From contig OX597822.1 of the NCBI GenBank assembly GCA_951406725.2, forward strand, positions 65,658,001 to 65,722,000: 64,000 nt of DNA, in the 5' to 3' direction. The notes under the pieces are model-generated. The model saw nothing but the letters and a program-made list of their open reading frames with translations, ran no database searches and was not told where the DNA came from. The first letter of the stretch is position 1; every line of letters begins with the position of its first letter. Position numbers and translations under genes: made by a program. Origin of the DNA: Octopus vulgaris (taxonomy: Eukaryota). Of the stretch, positions 54,846-64,000 are shown in pieces.

Positions 54846-56639
54846 TACGTATATATATATATATGTATACACACACGCATATTTATAAATATATGAGTGG
54901 ACAAACGAAAGAAGGCCACGCAACACATTTATTGCGAATAACATTTATTGTGTATGTGTGGCTTATATACTTATGTACATATATATATATTTATACATAT
55001 GCTTGTATTTATATATTTGTGTGTCGGTGAGTAGTGCTGGCTGAGTGTATGTTCCATTATTAGAAAACAAAGACCCAAAGATGCACGTAAACAGAAGTCT
55101 TACAGAAGTGATGCCCCATATAAAGAAGTCACGGTATCGCTCATACGCCCACTCACCCAAACGCACATACATATGTACGTACGTATGAGTAGATGTGTGT
55201 GCATCTGAATATATATGTATCCACGTGCATGCGTGTGTATGCGGTTATTTTTATACGTGCGTGCTTATGCTTGTACGCATGTATTTATCTGAAGTTTACA
55301 AACTGCATCCAAACCGCCGGCTTTTTTTCATGGTGGTAGACGAACTGTTTTATTTGTAAGACTTCAAATTTAGGTTTGTTTCTACAAACACGTATAACAG
55401 ACATGTTCTATAAACACGCTTAAAGAATGGAAATCAAACTGAAGTAAACAGAGGCGATAATGAGATATACTGGTGTAAGGAAACCTGTCTATATGGCATA
55501 CATATATTTATGTCTGTGCGTGTGTGTATGTGTGTTTCTGTGTGTATGTGAAGTCAAATTCACTGTCGGTCTACTTCGTTTTGTACAAATATTGAAGTGA
55601 AAAGTCGATCTACTTCTATTTCAAACTGCTTATCGCTTGGGCAAGGAGTCTATTTTCGCTTCAGTTGCGCCGGAACATCAAATTGACTCAATAAAAGTAA
55701 CTGAGAGATGCCGTAGATAAATATTTAAATTGCGCTTCTATTCAGCTTGTTTTCTCAATCAGTACTTTTTCTTCTTTCAATATTTGTTTACGCAAAACAT
55801 TGTTGAAGGATTTCTCTCCTACATTTTCTTTTATTTTAGTAGTATTTATGGTTTATGTAGGTGTTCCTTAACCTCAGATCGGCCTTGAAGAACTAAGCCT
55901 ATGATAAAAAAAACGAAACATTCTAGACGTACATGTTCTGTTTTCTTTCAGACTAGATACTCCAAGGTGTCCCTCTAATGCTGCTAGGGCAAGGTTTGAT
56001 ATGATTCTGATGGTGGAATGACCAGATACAGATATTTGCAATGACTAAATAGAGGCTCCCTCGCTGGTTGTTACAGTTGTTGGATAGATAATAAATTTCT
56101 AATTTGATCGGCTAATGACTGTGCCATTCAGACAGAGAAACATCTACGTTAACTTACCTTTGCCAGCCTCCTAATCGGATGCCAAAGTAATTAGGATGAA
56201 TATAATTGCAATCTGGCTTAGAGGTAGCTGAAGTAGGTAAAATCGGGATAGCACGTTTCTAATAAAGTAGAATGTTACCAAAGGAATTAATGCATTTTCC
56301 TCTATTTTAATACTGTGGAACACATTTTCAGGTAGAAGTGTTTATGCAACAGTTTAATAAGAAACGTGTTTCTTTAACAGCCAGAAAAATATTAAAAACA
56401 GGAATAACAATAATAATAATGGCTTCCAATTTTGGCACAGGACCAGCAAATTCAGGGAAGACGGTAAATCGCATACATCAACCCCAGTGCTTAGTTAGTA
56501 TTCATTCTATCGATCCCCGAAGTCAAATCCCTCTTGGCAGAATTTGAACTCAGAACGACCGTAAAGACGGACGAAAAGGAGGTGAGCATGTTGTCCGGCG
56601 CACTAACGATTCAGTCAGTTCGCCACCTTAAGAATACTT

Positions 56640-57160
56640 ATGGCTTCCGATCTTAACTGCTTGGAAGTGTCATCATGTACATGTTTTGTCTTGGTATAAA
56701 AGATGGGCTACAGCAAATATTCTGTTCAAGACCACAGATTTGCTTGTCCGTTGTTTGCCCGTATCCAGCTGAGCATGGCTATTAATGGCTGACGATACGT
56801 GCAGCTCTGATCATGAGTAGGAATAGTGGAGAAGCATCGTAACCATATGTTGAGAGGAATTCTTTGGGGTTTGAATAATTCCCTCTGAAAACATGTGTAT
56901 TTCGTTCAACAACCCTTATTCAGGGAACGTTTGAGCAGGATGGGCCACTCGACCTGAAGAAAATTCCAACTGCCCTCCTACCACTGCAAAGTCAATCGCT
57001 GTCTATCTTGATATGAGATCACTATATCGTGCACATACGGTTGTGATGTATGTGCTTGGTGTACATTATTCAGATGGACAGTCATGATGGGTTTGTTGGG
57101 CTTCATATATTTTACCCCAGTGTCACTTTGTTGACATGCAAGACTCTCTCTGTCTCTCTC
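56640..57160 (+). mobile_element. Second copy of the ~550 bp repeat at 2788-3338
   Basis: Collinear similarity; ends in ctctctc(aat)n. Confidence 0.75.
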
Positions 57161-57183
57161 AATAATAATAATGATGGTGGTGG

Positions 57184-57255
<72 letters not shown>

Positions 57256-58536
57256 GATGATGATGGTTTCAAATTTTAGCAAAAGATCTGCAATTTCGGG
57301 GAATACGATTCAACTTCGAGAAAATGAACTAGCCTAGATTTCAAGAATGGTTACAAAGAAAAATTGCTCATCCCCCAACGAATCCCAGGAATTATGACAA
57401 CTTCTTCAAGGGCGTGCACGAAGGAGCCTGCAAGAACACTCCAAGAAGCAGTTGCATGCAACATATTCTGAGCCTTGCTATTTAGATTACCAATCTGTAT
57501 GAGCAATAGAAACAGTTCTATGAAACTAACACTATGCTAAATGTACTTCGAAGTCGGTGCTACACACATGACTATTCTTTCAAATCTTTCAAATTAATTT
57601 TCTGGCTGTAATAGTAAAAGAAAATACACCACACTAAAGAGATCTAATAACACTGAAACCTCTGTGGAATTGTCAATGTGACACCGAGATAAAACTCAAC
57701 TCTGTGTTGCCTAAAGGAGTCGACTTTAAAATTTTAATTTTTATATTCAAAATAGTACTGCTTTACTTAATATTTTTTACAGACTCGATCATTTACCGAA
57801 TGAAATCTTAATTAAATAATATAAATTGGCTGACATCATTACATATGTCAGTAACAACTTTATGTTTAGGTTTCCATGTTAAACGTGCCTATGTCTATTT
57901 TCTTTCTCTAAGGCCCTTCATAAAACATTATTTTCCAAAGAGGGATGGTGAAATTCTCCTTGAGTTTTTTTTTCTTTTCCAGGATCAATAATTAATCTAA
58001 TTATTCATTCTCTTCATAAGGGGTATGATTTTTAATTAACTAAAATATATTGCCTCACTACATTAAGTATGCTAACAACGAGCGCTCCATATCTGCACTT
58101 AGTCATACTGAAGTATGATGATTGTTTCATCATTCTAATGAAAATTATGATGTAATAAACACAATGATGTAATAAACACAGTTGCAAACTGCATCAATGG
58201 GTTGTAAAGATTTTCCCCCACGATGATGTAACTGAAGGAAATACCCCCTGGTGGAAATAAACAGCAGTAACATGATTTCAAGTCGAATCATATGAAGGGC
58301 TAATTTGTCACTGAACTCCATGACGCAGACTGCGCCATGTTTAAAATTTTCTGATATAAGGAATTGCTTTTAGACATCTTTCTTTGCTATTTAACCTATT
58401 TGTAGTATTATGGAACGACACTAATGTTAAAGTAAAACTATGTACAATACACATACATAGCTACTATGCTTACGCGAAAATATGTATGCGTACACACACA
58501 TATATTCATACATATATATATACTTATATGCATACA

Positions 58537-58751
58537 TATGAGGTGGGGCTGAAAAGTTACTGGCTTTGGGAAGCCATACACAAAGAACAGTTGATTATGA
58601 TTTTATTCCACATATTCATCTCTCAGATTCACACATTTATTGCGGCGGTCATTCAGTTTTTCTAAGCCCTGTAAAATAACTTGAAAGTTTGGACATCCAG
58701 CCAGGCCTTTCGCGATACTCTCAAAGTGAGGAACTTTCAGCGCATCCTTTA
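58537..58751. mobile_element. mariner-type MITE
   Basis: Imperfect TIRs tatgaggtggggctgaaaagttactggcttt / aaagtgaggaactttcagcgcatccttta. Confidence 0.6.
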
Positions 58752-58800
<49 letters not shown>

Positions 58801-58805
<5 letters not shown>

Positions 58806-59862
58806 GTGAATTGAAGAAATGGAGTTGAACGAAGATTGAACAGAAATCGTTTTATTTCATTCTACACGTGTTTCGAAAGGCACAATTTACCAAATTCCGA
58901 TTGAATAATGAGACCATACTGTGTCTTTCTCTTCAGGAAGAAATAGGAAATCCGTTGGAAAAAACAAAAACAGAACAGAGGCGGAGCAAAACAAATCGAA
59001 CTAGGCTCCTAAGATCCCATGGCCAAACTGTTTAACAGTGTATGTTGAAAACGGGTGGTGGGTGCGTTGAAGATTTTAACGGGTCAGGCAGCGGTCATTT
59101 CGGTGGGTGAGGGCACGGGGTGTGTAGATGTTCTTTGTGACCGAGAGTAAAGTGCTGACTATTTAAAGAATATAAGATGTATTATATGTATTATATGGGG
59201 CGAGACAAAAACTACTTAGAGACATGTGTGTGTTTACTGTTCTATATATGTGTACGGGCGCAAGTTGGCAAGAAGCGCTACATTCTGGTCACTGCCGAGA
59301 AGTCCGTCAAGGGGTAGAAAACATTTTATGTGTACGTGTGTGCGTTTGATCGCGCGGCTGTCAGTTGGTAAACAGCTCTACACAATGGTCACTGCTGTAA
59401 GATCGGTCGGGCGGCAGAAAAATATTTTCTGTGTGCGTGTGTTCGTCTAATCATGCCTTGTCAAAGAAACCCCCCGTCGTCAAAAAACAAAGCCCCATTC
59501 ATCTCACAGGAGTAATTCCCCTTGCAATGGTTAATCATATTTCTCCTACAGGCTTTTTCAGAATTTTTTACCAAGGGCTATTTTCATATAAGTAGTGTAA
59601 CCGGGTTCAGGTATTATTTATAAGCGTTATTTATAAGCTAGATAGGTATAACGCCGCCAATGGGGGCATCGAAAAGCCGACTGTAAAAGTCCGTTTACCA
59701 TCCGGTCTCTGGCGAACAATATATGGAAGAGTTCGGAGACACACGGTTGCAACACCATATGGTTGTACCTCCAACCGTGCTGTCTTCTGCTGTGATTTTT
59801 GCTACCAAGGTATCGGTTAAACTTTTGATTAATCTGCAACAAGATTATTCATCTTTCTATTT

Positions 59863-59865
<3 letters not shown>
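58801..59865 (-). mobile_element. ~1 kb non-coding HHR-bearing insertion between (TA)n arrays
   Basis: TA arrays at 58755-58800 and 59866-59926; intact HHR near the left end; GC-richer interior. Confidence 0.6.
58854..58944 (-). ncRNA. Type I hammerhead ribozyme with a long stem II
   Basis: Minus strand reads ATTTCTTC-CTGAAGA-GAAAGACACAG(loop)TTGTGCCTTTC-GAAA-CACGTG-TA-GAATGAAAT. Confidence 0.8.
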
Positions 59866-59928
<63 letters not shown>

Positions 59929-60027
59929 GAGTAAGCACATAAATGTGAAACAATGTGCAAAAAAATACTACTCAAATACCAGAGATGGAGTAATATGCTT
60001 TATTTAAAAGCAGCAGAAATATAAAAG

Positions 60028-60065
60028 CTGTTACTCAGAGTTTCACGTCCCCGTGCGTCGGACAG
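60028..60065 (-). ncRNA. Degenerate hammerhead in a short TA-flanked element (59927-60070)
   Basis: Minus strand reads CTGT-CCGACGC-ACG(ggga)CGT-GAAA-CTCTGAG-TA-ACAG; stems are intact and the core has two changes. Confidence 0.55.
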
Positions 60066-60095
60066 TTTTATACACACACACACATACACACACAT

Positions 60096-60166
<71 letters not shown>

Positions 60167-60170
<4 letters not shown>

Positions 60171-60830
60171 AGGTGCGATGAGTAAATTGAGGCCATACTA
60201 TATTTTTAATTTCGCGCATGCGCACTGCTTTCTTTTGATTTTGTCGACTACACGGTATAGTGGGTTCAGTTTGGCACCGTCTGATGCTATTCACTTTGCA
60301 AGAAATCTGGAGGCGACATGCTGTACTGCTTGGCATTCTTGCCGGAAACACCAATACTAACTTTTCAGAGTGATTGGGTGTCAATCTGAGGACTGTGCAG
60401 AGGATTCAGAAACAGTTGGGTGAGTCTAATGGTGATTACGAAAGTACAGCAACTCGAAAAACTTACTCTGATCGTCTTGATAAGAAAGGAAATCCTAAAT
60501 TCGTTCGCGAGGTCCAGAGCGTGATTAACAACGATCCCTCCAAGTCAGTCAGATGCATCGCCATAGACATAGGAGTGTCTGAGTTTCTTATCAAGCAGGC
60601 AGTGCATGACGACATTAGGTATTTCTTGTATAAGACGAGAATTGGCCAGTTTTTATCCCAAGTCATCAAAGGCAGGAGCTACGAAGAACCGCGCTACGAA
60701 GATTTTGAACAAACTCAAACAACCCCTCCAACCGAAATGCTAGGCTTTTTCACAGACGAGAAAATATCCTGCCAAGAGCAGATGGTGAACACAAAAGTCA
60801 ACCATTGGTTTGCCGTGTCCCCAAATTGGA
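60167..60830 (+). mobile_element. Tc1/mariner (maT-like) 5' remnant: TIR, HTH and start of the catalytic domain
   Basis: LGVNLRTVQRIQKQL..INNDPSKSVRCIAIDIGVSEFLIKQAVHDDI..FFTDEK. Confidence 0.75.
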
Positions 60831-61080
60831 ATGAGTAATTTAAGAAATATTTGTTCTTAACATTAGGAATGATATTTCAATTTTAACTTCTTGATTTAGA
60901 ACCGCGTACCTTACCGAGAAACTTTCATGCCAGAAGGTACTCAAGCTTTTACCTTGCAATTTTTCCTCTAGTTCATTCATGAATATCCTATATTTCTGTT
61001 GTCGCTCATATACCTCCTGTAATGGTTAGATAATACTCAATGATATGTGTGTATGTGTTTATATGTAACGATAAACGTTG

Positions 61081-61638
61081 CCCTTTTCAAGCCTAGCCAG
61101 GTTCATGGGCCTGGTTTCCCGGTTTCTGTGGCGTCTGTGTTCCCCCCAGCTGGACGGGACGCCAGTCCATCGCAGCGTTACTCAAGAAACAGGAAGAGAG
61201 AGTGAGAGAAAGTTGGGGCGAAAGAGTACAACAGGGGTCGCCACCATCCCCTGCCGGAGCATCGTGGAGCTTTTAGGTGTTTTCGCTCAATAAACACAGA
61301 CAAAGCTCGGTCTGGATATCGAAACCGCCGTCCTCCGATCACGACTCCGCTGCCCTGACCACTGGGCCATTGCGCCTCCAAATAAATAAATGCGCCCTTT
61401 TAAAGCCTTGCCAGAATCTTGGGCTCGGTTTCCTGGTTTCAATGGCGTATGTGTACCCCAGCGGGACGAGACGCCAGTCCATCGCAGCGTTACTCATTTT
61501 TGCCAGCTGAGTGGACTGGAGCAACGTGAAAGGAAGTGTTTTGCTCAAGAATACAACGCGTCGCCCGGTTCAGGAATCGAAACCACAATCTTACGATCAT
61601 GATGCTGACACCATAACAAATAAGCCACGCGCTTCCAC
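61081..61638 (-). mobile_element. Two adjacent tRNA-SINEs sharing a 3' tail (61081-61380 and 61394-61638)
   Basis: Different tRNA heads with the same gacgggacgccagtccatcgcagcgttactca segment. Confidence 0.8.
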
Positions 61639-62479
61639 GTGTGTATATGTATTTTCGATTAAAATGAAATAACTTTCCAAATGTATTTTCAATTGAATCT
61701 TTTTGTGTAGTCGGACAATGTTCGGATAGAAGACTAATGTTTCAATTATCTAGAATTTCGGAGAAATCGAGCAACTGATAATTATATAGCAGATTATTTT
61801 CTTTATTGAGAGAAATGAATAACTTGTGATGTGCCAGAAGTAAATTTCAAGTTTTCAAAAACAATTAACAATTCCAACAAATGACTATGCTTAAAGTATT
61901 TATTGCTGGGCTAACAGGATTCATGAGGAAATTAGAATGTCTATGTTTGGCGTAAGCTGCATTGATTGACTTAAATATACATCTCCGTCATATATTTTAT
62001 AACAAAGTTTGCTTAACTGCTCTTGTCTTTCCATGTATATAATGAGGTTTGCGTAACTGATATTGTCTATGGAAGTATTGATAAGCGGACATATGTACAT
62101 TCATTTACATAATTAGTAAAATTATGGTGAAAGAAAATATATGGATATCTATATGCATTAAAATACCAAATTCTCAAACTAAAATGGAGAAACTATTAGA
62201 AAAATATATTTTATAAAGTGCCAAATTCCAGTTTGACACTTTGACTGAACGACAGATGAAAGTAAGATTTAATGTTGCAGTATAACATAATAGGAAAACT
62301 ATATAGAGTGAATCAGTTATAATTACGATAACATAAAGTACAATATGTATAAAATTATCATTCTTTAACCATAATGATGGTTGGTGAATTATGTTGATCG
62401 TAATTTTTCTGCAAGCAAATTCACGTTGCGATAGTCACTACACAATCTTTATTTTCTCTCATTGTTTCTTTCAGTGTTC

Positions 62480-62515
62480 CTTTCTGTAGAAGAGCGTAGG
62501 CTTGAAACGTTAAAG
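62480..62515 (+). ncRNA. Variant minimal hammerhead-like motif in element 62405-62605
   Basis: CTTT-CTGTAGA-A-GAGC(gtag)GCTT-GAAA-CG-TT-AAAG. Confidence 0.55.
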
Positions 62516-62603
62516 ACTTTTTCACTACCCGAACGTTATACTAATACATTTGTTTGTTGTCTACACCACCTGTCATCGTCTTTTGTTTTTTTTGTGAATA
62601 CAC

Positions 62604-62660
<57 letters not shown>

Positions 62661-62699
62661 ATATATATATATACTGGGATAAAATCGAATGGGAATTTT

Positions 62700-62754
<55 letters not shown>

Positions 62755-62760
<6 letters not shown>

Positions 62761-64000
62761 AATAAATGTTTTTATATATAAAGAACGTGAAATACAGGAA
62801 GGGACGAACACGGAAAACAGACAAATCATTCGAAGCCTTCAATCTTCAGTCAGACACCGAATCATCATAGCAAATTTCGGCTGTTCAATTCTGATATTTG
62901 CTCCAACTCGGCCAGCCCCAAGAAAAAAACTAAGCTGTAAGCATTAGATTTCTTGGTAGAAGACAAGAATGTAAACCGCAAGAGACGGATGTAAATACAA
63001 GAGACGAAAACGAAATTGAAAACAGTAATGGATAAACAAAATATAACGGTGGTTGTCTTACGACTTTAGACCAAATGAGACAAAAACAACAACAACATAG
63101 CAGCTGGCGTAGAAATAATTACCTTTTCGGTAAAGGGGACAGATGTTGGTCGAGATACGATCGCCAACAGAATGGTTAAGAAGCAGGAGAGAGAGAGAAA
63201 GAGAGACAGAGAGAGAGGGAATCAAAGAGGGTGGAAGGCAGGGGACAGAATCAGTGACCAAGAGAAAAGGAGAAAGAAGGGATTGAGGAGGATGGGAGGA
63301 AGAGGGGGGAAGAATCGGAGGGCGCCAAAATAGTTTGGTAAAGAAGCAATGGCGGGTAGGAAAGAGAAAGTATATAGAAGTCGTGCAGGGTTTAAAATTG
63401 GATAAACAAACGGGGGGGGGGGTGCACGTAACGCCGCAATAATATAAGAATAAATGTTTTATTCTCCTTTTCTCTTGGTCACTGATTCTGTCCCCTGCCT
63501 TCCACCCTCTTTGATTCCTCTCTCTCTGTCTCTCTCTCTCTCCTGCAACCTGCTGCTTCTTAACCATTCTGTTGGCGATCGTATCTCGACCAACATGTGT
63601 CCCCTCTACCGAAAAGGTAATTATTTCTACGCCAGCTGCTATGTTGTTGTTGTTTTTGTCTCATTTGGTCTAAAGTCGTAAGACAACCACCGTTATATTT
63701 TGTTTATCCATTACTGTTTTCAATTTCGTTTTCGTCTCTTGTATTTACATCCGTCTCTTGCGGTTTACATTCTTGTCTTCTACCAAGAAATCTAATGCTT
63801 ACAGCTTAGTTTTTTTTCTTGGGACTGGCCGAGTTGGAGCAAATATCAGAATTGAACAGCCGAAATTTGCTATGATGACTCGGTGTCTGACTGAAGATTG
63901 AAGGCTTCGAATGATTTGTCTGTGTTCCGTGTTCGTCCCTTCCTGTTTTTCACGTTCTTTATATATAAAAACATTTATTCTTATATTATTGCGGCGTTAC
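62755..64000. repeat. Young ~520 bp inverted repeat with a nested inversion, running off the window
   Basis: 62755-63274 is the reverse complement of 63462-63984; 63428-63460 is the reverse complement of 63968-64000; begins in (TA)n. Confidence 0.9.

Noticed and set aside
63855-63915. CCGAAA..CTGAAGA motifs in the terminal inverted repeat
   Set aside because: Order and stems do not give a valid hammerhead.

Overview
AT-rich eukaryotic repeat-dominated DNA, dense in (TA)n, (CA)n and (AAT)n microsatellites. The SINE families and microsatellite style look like an octopus or other coleoid cephalopod genome (inference from recognition, not a search). No intact host gene can be supported, and almost all tracked ORFs are microsatellite artefacts. 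The main object is a ~9.6 kb Penelope-like retroelement (PLE, Naiad-type RT + GIY-YIG, ~27520-37167). Its frameshifted ORF is enclosed by ~3 kb inverted arms, each ending in an intact minimal hammerhead ribozyme (HHR). Internal repeat copies of this element differ by strongly one-directional A/G and C/T transitions that convert RNA duplexes to G-U pairs, as expected if ADAR-hyperedited RNA was retro-inserted. The window also holds several unrelated short HHR-bearing elements, often palindromic, in microsatellites; one has a tRNA-derived SINE head. Other content: a Neptune-like PLE endonuclease remnant, a Dong/R4-type RLE retrotransposon in (AAT)n, Tc1/mariner relics and many tRNA-SINEs. All coordinates and alignments were read by eye.
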